From Saccostrea cucullata (taxonomy: Eukaryota), in assembly GCF_032062105.1 (NCBI RefSeq), contig NW_026935377.1:62001-126000 (forward strand): a stretch of DNA of 64,000 bases, in the 5' to 3' direction. Position 1 is the stretch's first letter, and every line of letters starts with the position of its first letter. The notes beneath the pieces were generated by a model that ran no database searches, was not told the origin of the DNA, and saw only the letters and a program-made list of their open reading frames with translations. The position numbers were made by a program, and so were the translations under genes. This document shows positions 1 to 12,517 of the stretch, piece after piece.

Positions 1-304
1 AACATAAAATATAAAACCATTTTCTTATATGATAAATATTAAGAAATGTGATAAAAACTACCATCTTATCATAAAATAAGCAAAATAACGCAAATACACA
101 AACTCACTATGAATTATCAAGGCACGTAATGTCATAAAAGATGCCTACCGTGAAATGCAAAAGCGCAATTTAATATCATAAATTAAATTATCATAAGTGT
201 CCTACAAAGGGTTTTTAAAAACTCTTTTTCATGAAAACAGCAAACAATAAAATACAAAGACAACGAACGTATCGTAATCACAATAAAAGGACCATTTTAA
301 CAAT

Positions 305-560
305 ACAATTTCTCGAGCAAAGCAAACAAGGACCACTAAAACATCAGAGTTGGGATCATGTGCCATGGAGGAGTAAACATCCTCTGTTAACCTGTCTCCC
401 CGCATTTTGCTCATTGTCATGGTAGGAAAAACGAAAAGAAATCCATAGAAGTGCCAGTTTATAAATACAAGGCTAACAATTAGTATGAAAAACTTTAGTC
501 TGCATTTGACTTAATGATAAACGTTTTTATGCCTCCTATGAGAAATATCAGCCTGACAGA
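305..560 (-). mobile_element. Old Penelope-like 3' end remnant
   Basis: GAGCAAA...ACATCAGAG.TGGGATCA.GTGCCATGGAGGAGT matches the ends at 21510, 33180, 42240 and 50350. Confidence 0.55.
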
Positions 561-1880
561 GCAGTAAAAAACAACCAAACATAGAGATGCAGTTTTGTCG
601 ATTATGTCATTTAATTGAATGACATAAAGTAAAATGTATAACAAATCATGAAGGGGGATCACCTAATATTAAGCAATACTGTATACATGTACATATGTGA
701 AAGGTACAAGTGTGATCTCCCTGAGACTGACTAGAAATTTACATGCAGTGAAAATATCAGATTACATGTAAATATGCATAAAATATACCATACTTGAGTT
801 AATCCTTGGAGGGGTCCAAACAATTGCGCCAATCCTAGAAACGTACAACAAGTTATAATAAAAATACAAATTTTGATTAGAATGCAAAATAATACAAAAC
901 TAAAACCCCAAGAAAAGGGTGGGTGGTGGGGTTTTTTTCCCCACCGCACTACCAGGCTAACAAAAATGGCGCAACAAAAACAAGGATTTTGATTGCGTTA
1001 AGATCAGTAAAATGCACCAAGGGTTGCGATTTCGCAATGAAGGATTATATAATAATTGCTCTGCGATAAAGGCGCATATGCGACAGACTGCGCTGGGTTG
1101 TGCGGGATTATCCGAAGGTGTAAAAATTAACAATTCTCATCGGGGCATAAATTGAATTATCTGTGATAATATTGTTTTGTGTGGTGGAACAGTAGAAAAA
1201 ATACTCCGTGGGCATAGCACGACTGAAATAAATTGGTTCTAATTGTTCACGATAACAGTAGGGATTTACATTGCGCAGTAGATTATGCATTGATTCATGG
1301 TCAGGAAAAAAAAATAGAACATTTGACCTATGTAGATTAAAATGTAAGTGAGAATCCTGGGATTATACCATATGAAGGTGTCACATGTTTAGGTGAAAAA
1401 TCCAGAGTATCGGAGGATGTCCTCTTTTGACCAACTGCACAGTTGTTTGAAAGAGATGATAAGGATTACTGATAAGAATATAAACGTTAACAGGATTTCC
1501 AACCAGAAAACTGACAATTAACATTTAGAAAATCCACTCCTTACCCCGGAAGAATAAATCTCAAAATTATATTGTTCAATATATTAGAAATTTATTGAAA
1601 TTGAAATCTATCTAAGCAACAATATTCATTTTATGTATCTCGTTATGATTCCATGTTCTTCTATGTCACAGAAACTGTATTGTAAAAAAAGGTTTACAAA
1701 AATGAGTAGACACATTTTTATAAAAATCGATTTTCCATTTTTACTTACCCTATTTGTGATGATAAGTGGTAAGGCTAGATTGAACAATTTTCATACAGAA
1801 ACATAATAACCTGAGGTCACAGGCGGCTATTCCTTCATGTAAGTTGTCACGAAAATCATGGCAAACAACATCATACCATC

Positions 1881-4290
1881 ACATTTGTCCAGCACAGACT
1901 CACTGGTAGAGTCAGCTGCATTTAGCAGCATTTGTCCAAGGCAGACTCTCTGATAAACTCAGCGGCTTTGTCCAGCACAGGCCCTCTGGTAGAGTCAGCG
2001 GCATTTAGCGGCATTTGTCCAAGACAGACCCTCTGGTAGAGTCAGCGGCATTTAGCGGCATTTGTCCAAGACAGACCCTCTGGTAGAGTCAGCGGCATTT
2101 AGCAGCATTTGTCCAGCACAGGCCCTCTGGTAGAGTCAGCGGCATTTAGCGGCATTTGTCCAAGACAGACCCTCTGGTAGAGTCAGCTGCATTTAGCTGC
2201 ATTTGGCCAGCACAGACCCTCTGGTAGAGTCAGCGGCATTTAGCGGCATTTGTCCAACACAGACCTTCTGGCAGAGTCAGCGGCATTTAGCGGCATTTCT
2301 ACAAGACAGACCCTCTGGCAGAGTCAGCGGCATTTAGCGGCATTTGTCCAAGACACACCCTCTGGCAGAGTCAGCGGCATTTAGCGGCATTTGTCCAAGA
2401 GAGACCTTCTGGCAGAGTCAGCGGCATTTAGCGGCATTTGTCCAACACAGACCCTCTGGTAGAGTCAGCGGCATTTAGCGGCATTTGTCCAAGACAGACC
2501 CTCTGGTAGAGTCAGCGGCATTTAGCGGCATTTGTCCAAGACAGACCCTCTGGTAGAGTCAGCGGCATTTAGCGGCATTTGTCCAAGACAGACCCTCTGG
2601 TAGAGTCAGCGGCATTTGTCCAAGACAGACCCTCTGGTAGAGTCAGCGGCATTTAGCGGCATTTGTCAAACACACACCCTCTGGTAGAGTCAGCGGCATT
2701 TAGCGGCATTTGTCCAAGAGAGACCCTCTGGTAGAGTCAGCGGCATTTAGCGGCATTTTTCAAACACACACCCTCTGGTAGAGTCAGCGGCATTTAGCGG
2801 CATTTGTCCAAGACAGACCCTCTGGTAGAGTCAGCGGCATTTAGCGGCATTTGTCCAAGACAGACCCTCTGGTAGAGTCAGCGGCATTTAGCGGCATTTG
2901 TCAAACACACACCCTCTGGTAGAGTCAGCGGCATTTAGCGGCATTTGTCCAAGAGAGACCCTCTGGTAGAGTCAGCGGCATTTAGCGGCATTTTTCAAAC
3001 ACACACCCTCTGGTAGAGTCAGCGGCATTTAGCGGCATTTGTCCAAGACAGACCCTCTGGTAGAGTCAGCGGCATTTAGCGGCATTTGTCCAAGACAGAC
3101 CCTCTGGTAGAGTCAGCGGCATTTAGCGGCATTTGTCCAAGACAGACCCTCTGGTAGAGTCAGCGGCATTTAGCGGCATTTGTCCAAGACAGACCCTCTG
3201 GTAGAGTCAGCAGCATTTAGCGGCATTTGGCCAGCACAGACCCTCTGGTAGAGTCAGCGGCATTTAGCGGCATTTGTCCAACACAGACCCTCTGGCAGAG
3301 TCAGCGGCATTTAGCGGCATTTCTACAAGACAGACCCTCTGGCAGAGTCAGCGGCATTTAGCAGCATTTGTCCAAGACACACCTTCTGGCAGAGTCAGCG
3401 GCATTTAGCGGCATTTGTCCAAGAGAGACCTTCTGGCAGAGTCAGCGGCATTTAGGGGCATTTGTCCAAGACAGACCCTCTGGTAGAGTCAGCGGCATTT
3501 AGCGGCATTTGTCCAAGACAGACCCTCTGGTAGAGTCAGCGGCATTTAGCGGCATTTGTCCAAGACAGACCCTCTGGTAGAGTCAGCGGCATTTAGCGGC
3601 ATTTGTCCAAGACAGACCCTCTGGTAGAGTCAGCGGCATTTAGCGGCATTTGTCCAAGAGAGACCCTCTGGTAGAGTCAGCGGCATTTAGCGGCATTTGT
3701 CAAACACACACCCTCTGGTAGAGTCAGCGGCATTTAGCGGCATTTGTCAAACACACACCCTCTGGTAGAGTCAGCGGCATTTAGCGGCATTTGTCCAAGA
3801 CAGACTCTCTGGTAGAGTCAGCGGCATTTAGCGGCATTTGTCCAAGAGAGACCCTCTGGTAGAGTCAGCGGCATTTAGCGGCATTTGTCCAAGACAGACC
3901 CTCTGGTAGAGTCAGCGGCATTTAGCGGCATTTGTCCAAGACAGACTCTCTGGTAGAGTCAGCGGCATTTAGCGGCATTTGTCCAAGACACACCCTCTGG
4001 CAGAGTCAGCGGCATTTAGCGGCATTTGTCCAAGAGAGACCTTCTGGCAGAGTCAGCGGCATTTAGCGGCATTTGTCCAAGACAGACCTTCTGGTAGAGT
4101 CAGCGGCATTTAGCAGCATTTCTCCAAGACAGACCTTCTGGTAGAGTCAGCGGCATTTGTCCAAGAGAGACCCTCTGGTAGAGTCAGCGGCATTTAGCGG
4201 CATTTGTCCAAGACAGACCCCTCTGGTAGAGTCAGCGGCATTTGTTCAACACAGACGTTCTGATAAAGTCAGCAGCATTTTTCCAAGACA
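1881..4290 (+). repeat. 47-bp GC-rich tandem satellite, about 50 units
   Basis: Unit GACCCTCTGGTAGAGTCAGCGGCATTTAGCGGCATTTGTCCAAGACA (period checked 2027 to 2074), with an internal 10-bp duplication AGCGGCATTT. Confidence 0.97.
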
Positions 4291-4336
4291 GATCTTCATA
4301 TTTGTTGAAAAAATTAAACAAGGCTACTTATAATTC

Positions 4337-4800
4337 TAAAGTAAAGCTTCTTCTGCATGTTGCTGTAATTGATGGAGTAAACACATTATTTTCTTTAATT
4401 GGTATTTTATTTTGCAACTTTTTATAAGTATAACTTAATAATTAATATGTTATACATGGGGTACTTCTAATTTATTAATAATAATTAGACAATCGAGCAA
4501 TATTAAATGCATGAAGCCAGATGTTTGACACCTTTTCCCTAATCATCTTCTGTTTTGTTATAATGGTGGTAATTTTGTCTGTATCTGACTGCAAGATATC
4601 AATAACTGTAAATTGCTAATCAGCATGATGGTTATGGCTAGTGCTGACCAAGATAAAGCTGTTAATTTTATTATTTTTAAAGATACTACCAAAGTACAAA
4701 ACATTATTTGTAGGCCTACAATTTAAACTGATATTTAAAATTTACCGGGGTAATATTTTTTGAATACTGGATATACCATCAAACCAGAAATGGAAAAAAA
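4337..4800 (+). repeat. About 460-bp direct repeat, copy A (copy B at about 10263-10720)
   Basis: Shared AAAGTAAAGCTTCTTCTG...ATGCATGAAGCCAGATGTTTGACACCTTTTCCCTAATCATCTTCTG...CCAAAGTACAAA. Confidence 0.9.
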
Positions 4801-5350
4801 ATAAATATTATTCAGTTCCTAGAGGCATAGTTATAGAGCTTCTCAAGCAAATATGTTTGTTTTTTTAATGTTTGACAAAAACAAATAAGCGTTTCATGTG
4901 AAAAAAATGTCTATTATCACTACCGGATATGTTTGATTGCTGTATAAATGAAAAAACCAAATACCATACTGTTTCAATTCCCCGAAGTTCATAAGAACGT
5001 GATTTGAGGGCTATAACACTGGATGATTAAATGTTAGAATTTAATACATATTAAATCTCGGCATTTGTCCAACACAGACCCTCTGCTCTGGTAGAGTCAG
5101 CAGCATTCCCTATGAGAATGATTGTAGGTCATGCTCATCTGCTTGGAGAAGTAAAATTAAAAGATAGTATACACCAATATTGTTAAAAGTCATTCTTGTG
5201 AGTTTTGATTGAAAATTGAATTAATATACTTAGCCTAGTAAGTTGTGTAAAGCGGTATGAACACTTCTTGTGAAATAAATTGTATATAATCACTACCGGA
5301 AATTTTTGCTTGCCGTATAAATGAAAAACCAAATAGATACTGTTTCAATT

Positions 5351-7204
5351 ACTACTTACTTACTTACTTACTTATGGTTACTTATGGTATTTTTCCAACA
5401 CAGGTCCTGTCAAGGTCCTCTTCGTCGGACTCCAAACTTGCTTTGTAACTACTTGGGTGACTACCGGTGTAATCGGTTCTAAAGTCTACTTTGTAGTTAT
5501 AGAGCACATCCTGGTCCTTCCAGAAGTTGTCTAGTCTATTCTTGAAAGTATTCAGAGTTTTAGCACTAACAACGTCTTCTGGTAAGCTATTCCATAGACT
5601 GACAGTTCTAACACTGAAGCTGAATTTTCTTATATTGAGTCTCGGTCTCTGTACAAACATCTTCTTGGAATTCCCTCTTCCTTGTTCCCTCATAACGTGG
5701 TCTCTCCTTAACTTGATAAAGTCTGCTGCTAATGGGTCGTACTTTCCACTTGTTATTTTGTACACTTCAATCATATCTCCACGGTGGCGCCTGTACTTCA
5801 GCGTTGGTAGCTTTAGTTTCTTCAGCCTTTCTTCATAGCTTAAATTTGCCAATCCTGGAATCTGCTTGGTAGCTCTTCTCTGCACTCCTTCAATCATCTC
5901 TATGTGTCTTGATTTGAAAGGGAACCAGACCGAACTCGCATAGTCTAAATGTGTCCTGACAAGTGTCTTATAAAGAGGAATGAAAGTTTCTTCATCCAAA
6001 TGTTGAAACGTTCGCCTTAACATTGCAAAAATAGAGTTTGCCTTTTTCACCTTCTCGCTTATGTGTCTGTCAAAGCTGAGTTGTTCATCTATGATGACTC
6101 CTATGTCTTTTTCCTCTTGTACCTTCTCCAGAGTGCGTCCTAACAGCTCATACTCAAAGTCTTGGTCTGGGTCCTTCTTTCCAATGTGCATGTGTTTACA
6201 TTTATCTGGATGGAACTTTAGGAGCCAGGTGTTACTCCATTCTGTTAGTTTCTCAAGATCTCTTTGAAGTGTCATTTTATCTTCCCTACCCTTAACTATG
6301 TTGAAGATTTTCGTGTCGTCGGCAAATAGGTACACAGTAGAGCTCACGATATCAGGGAGATCGTTGATAAATATAACGAACATTATCGGCCCAATTACTG
6401 ACCCCTGCGGAATGCCGGAAGTTACGCTATGCCATTTTGATGTTGCCCCGTTTATGGATACTTGTTGTTTCCTTCCACTTAGGTAGTTCCTTATCCAGTC
6501 TATAAGTTCTTTCCCTATTCCATATGCTTCCAGTTTCTTAAGCAGTCTGTTATGTGGGACAGTATCAAAGGCCTTCTGATAGTCCATGTAGATACAGTCA
6601 ACATCATGTCCACTGTCCAAAGCCTCTGTCCATTCCTCTAATACCCTTAACAGTTGTAATGAAGTTGATCTACCACTGATAAAGCCATATTGTTTAGTTG
6701 TAAAGAGGTTGTTGCTTGCAAAATGCTCTATTATGTGGTCCCTAACTAGTTTCTCCATGACTTTACACACCACTGACGTTAAGCTCACTGGTCTGTAGTT
6801 TCCTGCTATCGCCTTGTTTCCTTTTTTAAAGATCGCGCTAATACGTGCTGTTTTCCATTCTTCTGGAACTTTTCTCTCATCTATCGATTTCCTAAAGATC
6901 CTTGCTAGGGGTTCTGCTAGTTCCGCTCTTAATTCCCTCAATAGCCTTGGATGCATATTGTCTAATCCTGGTGACTTATCTGGCTTTAACAGGTTCAGTG
7001 CTTTGACAATTCCTTCCTCCAATATTCTTAATTCAGTCCATTCCTTCTTCATAGGGCGTTTGTCCAGTTCGGGTATGGCTTCCTCAGGTTCTTGTGTAAA
7101 AACACTACTAAAAAAGTCTGCTAAAATGTTTGCTTTCTCTTCGTCCACTTCTGTTTTATTGGACTTTGGATTTTTAGGGTCGACACACAGTTCCCCGATT
7201 CCCC
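5351..7204 (-). mobile_element. 5'-truncated CR1-clade LINE with an uninterrupted RT-encoding ORF2 fragment (5382-7148)
   Basis: RT motifs KSPGLD, NYRPVSLTS, DYQKAFDTV, GIPQGSVIGP, LFADD; 3' tail of (TAAG)n at 5351-5385; CAATT on both sides (5346-5350, 7205-7209); no endonuclease domain present. Confidence 0.92.
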
Positions 7205-7295
7205 CAATTTCCCGAATATTGATATGAACGTGATTGAGGGCTATAACTCTGGAAATTTCATGAATGATTAAATGTTAGAATTTAAATGCATTTTA

Positions 7296-9845
7296 AATCT
7301 TTTACGGAATAAGCTGCATGATTATGAAATGTATCCCATTTTAATATCTTTTACGGAATAAGCTGCATTTTAAAAAAATCTTTTACGGAATAAGCTGCAT
7401 GATTATAAATTGCTAACCTATCCCAGTTTTATATCTTTTACAAAATAAACTGCGTGATTTATAAAACGTTAACCTATCCCAGTTTTATATCTTTCACGGA
7501 ATAAGCTGCATTTTATATCTTTTATGGAATAAGCTGTATGATTTTAAAATGTTCACTTATTCCAGTTTTATATCTTTTACGGAATAAGCTGCATTTTTAA
7601 TCTTTTACGGAATAAGCTGCATGATAATAAAATGTATCCCATTTTAATATCTTTTACGGAATAAGCTGCATTTTTAAAAAATCTTTTACGGAATAAGCTG
7701 CATGATTATAAATTGCTAACCTATCCCAGTTTTATATCTTTTACAAAATAAACTGCATGATTTATAAAACGTTAACCTATCCCAGTTTTATATCTTTCAC
7801 GGAATAAGCTGCATTTTATATCTTTTATGGAATAAGCTGTATGATTTTAAAATGTTCACTTATTCCAGTTTTATATTTTTCACGGAAAAAGCTGCATTTT
7901 TAATCTTTTACGGAATAAGCTGCATGATAATAAAATGTATCCCATTTTAATATCTTTTACGGAATAAGCTGCATTTTTAAAAAATCTTTTACGGAATAAG
8001 CTGCATAATTACAAATTGCTAACCTATCCCAGTCTTATATCTTTTATGTAATAAGCTGCAAGCTGCATTTTAAATCTTTTACGGAATAAGCTGCATGATA
8101 ATAAAATGTATCCCATTTTAATATCTTTTACGGAATAAGCTGCATTTTTAAAAAATCTTTTACGGAATAAGCTGCATGATTACAAATTGTTAACCTATCC
8201 CAGTTTTATATCTTTTACGAAATAAACTGCATGATTTATAAAACGTTAACCTATCCCAGTTTTATATCTTTCACGGAATAAGCTGCATTTTATATCTTTT
8301 GTGGAATAAGCTGTTTGATTTTAAAATGTTCACTTATTCCAGTTTTATATCTTTCACGGAATAAGCTGCATTTTAAATCTTTTACGGAATAAGCTGCATG
8401 ATAATAAAATGTATCCCATTTTAATATCTTTTACGGAATAAGCTGCATTTTTAAAAAATCTTTTACGGAATAAGCTGCATGATTACAAACTGCTGACCTA
8501 TCCCAGTTTTATATCTTTTTTGGAATAAGCTGCATTTTTTATCTTTTTTACGGAATGAGCTGTATTTTACATCTTTTGCGGAATAAGCTGCATAATTACA
8601 AATTGCTAACCTATCCCAGTCTTATATCTTTTATGTAATAAGCTGCAAGCTGCATTTTAAATCTTTTACGGAATAAGCTGCATGATAATAAAATGTATCC
8701 CATTTTAATATCTTTTACGGAATAAGCTGCATTTTTAAAAAATCTTTTACGGAATAAGCTGCATGATTACAAATTGTTAACCTATCCCAGTTTTATATCT
8801 TTTACGAAATAAACTGCATGATTTATAAAACGTTAACCTATCCCAGTTTTATATCTTTCACGGAATAAGCTGCATTTTATATCTTTTGTGGAATAAGCTG
8901 TTTGATTTTAAAATGTTCACTTATTCCAGTTTTATATCTTTCACGGAATAAGCTGCATTTTAAATCTTTTACGGAATAAGCTGCATGATAATAAAATGTA
9001 TCCCATTTTAATATCTTTTACGGAATAAGCTGCATTTTTAAAAAATCTTTTACGGAATAAGCTGCATGATTACAAACTGCTGACCTATCCCAGTTTTATA
9101 TCTTTTTTGGAATAAGCTGCATTTTTTATCTTTTTTACGGAATGAGCTGTATTTTACATCTTTTGCGGAATAAGCTGCATGAGTACAAAATGTTAACCTA
9201 TCCCAGTTTTATATCTTTTACGGAATAAGCTGCATTTTTAAAAAAAATCTTTTACGGAATAAGCTGCATGATTACAAATTGCTAACCTATCCCAGTTTTA
9301 TATCTTTTACGAAATAAACTGCATGATTTAAAAAACGTTAACCTATCCCAGTTTTATATCTTTCACGGAATAAGCTGCATTTTATATCTTTTATGGAATA
9401 AGCTGTTAGATTTTAAAATGTTCACTTATTCCAGTTTTATATCTTTCACGGAATAAGCTGCATTTTAAATCTTTTACGGAATAAGCTGCATGATAATAAA
9501 ATGTATCCCATTTTAATATCTTTTACGGAATAAGCTGCATTTTTAAAAAATCTTTTACGGAATAAGCTGCATAATTACAAATTGCTAACCTATCCCAGTT
9601 TTATATCTTTTATGGAATAAGCTGCATTTTTTTTATCTTTTTTTACGGAATGAGCTGTATTTTACATCTTTTACGGAATAAGCTGCATGAGTACAAAATG
9701 TTAACCTATCCCAGTTTTATATCTTTTATGGAATTAGCTGCATACTTATCTCTTTTTACGGAATAAGCTGCATTTTATATCTTTTACGGAATAAACTGCA
9801 TGATTACAGAATTTTAACCTCTCTGAATTTTATATCTTTTACTGA
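7296..9845. repeat. AT-rich satellite with higher-order structure, core ATCTTTTACGGAATAAGCTGCA
   Basis: Core recurs with short or long spacers; marker TGTATCCCATTTTAATATC recurs mostly at about 303-bp intervals. Confidence 0.95.
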
Positions 9846-10262
9846 ATATTGGCCATAATAAATATATTTCTAGATTCTCATCCCTGCCCACCTAGAATTT
9901 ATACCCTGCCTCGATTTTTTTCTTTGTCTTAATTCTCATCGAGATCGGTATTCATCTACCATTCTACTTTCGTTTTAAATCCTGCAAAGTTGACAGTTGT
10001 ACATGATAGTGTTGACTGAAAAGACAGTAATTGCTGTAATACGTAGAAATTTTAAACAAGGGTCATTGGTTGAAGAAGATTGGCGATGATGTGAAGTAAG
10101 AGATAATTGAACCTTTATCACGACTTTTATTTGGGTATTGTTGTAGATAAAATTACACTGATTGACCAATAGTTTTGTAGATTTTATTTATTGCTCAGAG
10201 AGTTTATTTGTTGAATAAATTAAGACACACCTACTTATAATGAGATAATATTGAAGCATTCT

Positions 10263-10720
10263 CAAAGTAAAGCTTCTTCTGTTACTGTAATTTATGGAGT
10301 AATTACACTATTTTCTTTATTTAGTACATTTGTATTTTATTTGACATATTTTCATAAATATAACTTAATAATTAATATGTTATACATGTTGTACTTTTAA
10401 TTTATAAGTAATAATCAGATAATCGAGCAATATCAAATGCATGAAGCCAGATGTTTGACACCTTTTCCCTAATCATCTTCTGTTTTGTTATAGTGGTGGT
10501 AATTTTGTCTGTATCTGACTGCAAGATATCATTAACTGCAAATTGATAATTAGCATGATACTTATGGCTAGTGTTGACCAAGATAAAGCTGTTAATTGAA
10601 TTATTTCAAATATACTACCAAAGTACAAAGAGCTCTTTGTACAATTTAAACTGATATTTAATTACTGGGGTAATATTTTTTTAATAATACTGGAAATACC
10701 ACCAAATCAAATGAAAAAAA
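10263..10720 (+). repeat. About 460-bp direct repeat, copy B
   Basis: Colinear with 4337-4800. Confidence 0.9.
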
Positions 10721-10860
10721 ATATATATATTACTAATTGAGAAAGTCCCTGTCGTTAAGGAAAAGCAAATATTATTATACTATTTAAGTATCTTTCATAC
10801 ATAAAATTGTAAACCATCTCTCCATTAATTACTGTATATCAGTAAATCCATGGAAAAAGA

Positions 10861-11662
10861 ACAGAAGGTCTGTCTTGGACAAATGCCGCTAAATGCCGCT
10901 GACTCTACCAGAGGGTCTGTCTTGGACAAATGCCGCTGACTCTACCAGAGGGTCTGTCTTGGAGAAATGCCGCTAAATGCCGCTGACTCTACCAGAGGGT
11001 CTGTCTTGGACAAATGCCACTAAATGCCGCTGACTCTACCAGAGGGTCTGTATTGGACAAATGCCGCTAAATGCCGCTGACTCTACCAGAGGGTCTGTCT
11101 TGGACAAATGCCGCTAAATGCCGCTGACTCTACCAGAGGGTCTGTCTTGGACAAATGCCGCTAAATGCCGCTGAATCTACCAGAGGGTGTGTCTTGGACA
11201 AATGCCGCTAAATGCCGCTGACTCTACCAGAGGGTGTGTCTTGGACAAATGCCGCTAAATGCCGCTGACTCTACCAGAGGGTCTGTCTTGGACAAATGCC
11301 GCTAAATGCCGCTGACTCTACCAGAGGGTCTGTGTTGGACAAATGCCGCTAAATGCCGCTGACTCTACCAGAGGGTCTGTCTTGGACAAATGCCGCTAAA
11401 TGCCGCTGACTCTACCAGAGGGTCTGTCTTGGACAAATGCCGCTAAATGCCGCTGACTCTACCAGAGGGTCTGTCTTGGACAAATGCCGCTAAATGCCGC
11501 TGACTCTACCAGAAGGTCTGTCTTGGACAAATGCCGCTAAATGCCGCTGACTCTACCAGAAGGTCTGTATTGGACAAATGCCGCTGACTCTACCAGAAGG
11601 TCTGTCTTGGAGAAATGCCGCTAAATGCCGCTGACTCTACCAGAAGCACTGTCTTGGACAAT
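10861..11662 (-). repeat. Same 47-bp satellite in inverted orientation, about 17 units
   Basis: TGTCTTGGACAAATGCCGCTAAATGCCGCTGACTCTACCAGAGGGTC is the reverse complement of the 1881-4290 unit. Confidence 0.97.
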
Positions 11663-12517
11663 TGCCCCACCCACCAACCCATTTCATCTCATTTCGTGAC
11701 TTCTTACATGAAGTATGAACCGTCACAGGCACTTGTTTCGGAAATAATTTTTAACCATAGTATTAGAATAACACATGTTATTATTATGCTATTGGTTAAA
11801 AAAAAACTGCCTGTGCCTGAGGTATCCCAATGTTATCTTTAAATGAGCATGTGAAATTAAATCAAAACCATAATTCATACTTATGCAATATTTAAATTTC
11901 ATTTCATTAAAAAAATTCCAGATTGTTAAAATAAGTTATTTTCTCAGCCGCTCATGACAATGTTGACCCTTGACCTTTAAATTTGATTTCAAATGAAAAG
12001 CACGACATTTAACTTGGAACAGTGAATATTTTAATGTTTAAATTGATCAGGAATTCCAGCACAGGATTTTGATTAGCAGAGGAACAGCCTTATTGCAGGT
12101 TTGTGTTTTTACAAACACATATTATCTTCACTCTGTTTGGAACACATGACTGAGGTTAAAATTGCACGCCCGCGTGGTGTAGGGGTAAGAGCGTCGGCTT
12201 TGAAGTACCAAAGTTAGGAGTTGGTCCTTGCCTCGCGGGTTGAATCCAAATTTTGGACACCAACGCTGAGATGTTCTCAAATATGAGATTTCTCAGAAAA
12301 TTTGAGTTTTACCTCATCGAACTGTGCCACGAAACAAATATTTTTTCAAAAACTCAGACTAGTCTTTTGTGTGTTTTCCTCAAGTCTTAGATTTTTTCTT
12401 ACGTCTGAGATTTTTCTCAAACATGCATGCCACTAACGATTTTTCCGACTCAGCTAACCGAAAGAAAAATCGAAGATATATCTTGAAATTGAGGTAAACG
12501 GACTGAATTCCACTATA

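Noticed and set aside
947-1310. Possible CACTA-type terminus (CACTACCAGG...)
   Set aside because: No matching inverted terminus or TSD could be located.
5527-7227. Plus-strand ORFs of 62-137 aa over the LINE, and 55401-55640 over the GPCR
   Set aside because: Antisense shadows of real coding sequence.
1881-9845. CRISPR-like appearance of the two repeat arrays
   Set aside because: There are no unique spacers (the intervening sequences are themselves repeated), no cas genes, and the context is eukaryotic with introns.
12167-12250. Functional tRNA genes at about 12167, 16172 and 30550
   Set aside because: A/B-box-like motifs are present but the cloverleaf stems are broken or incomplete; SINE heads or pseudogenes are more likely.
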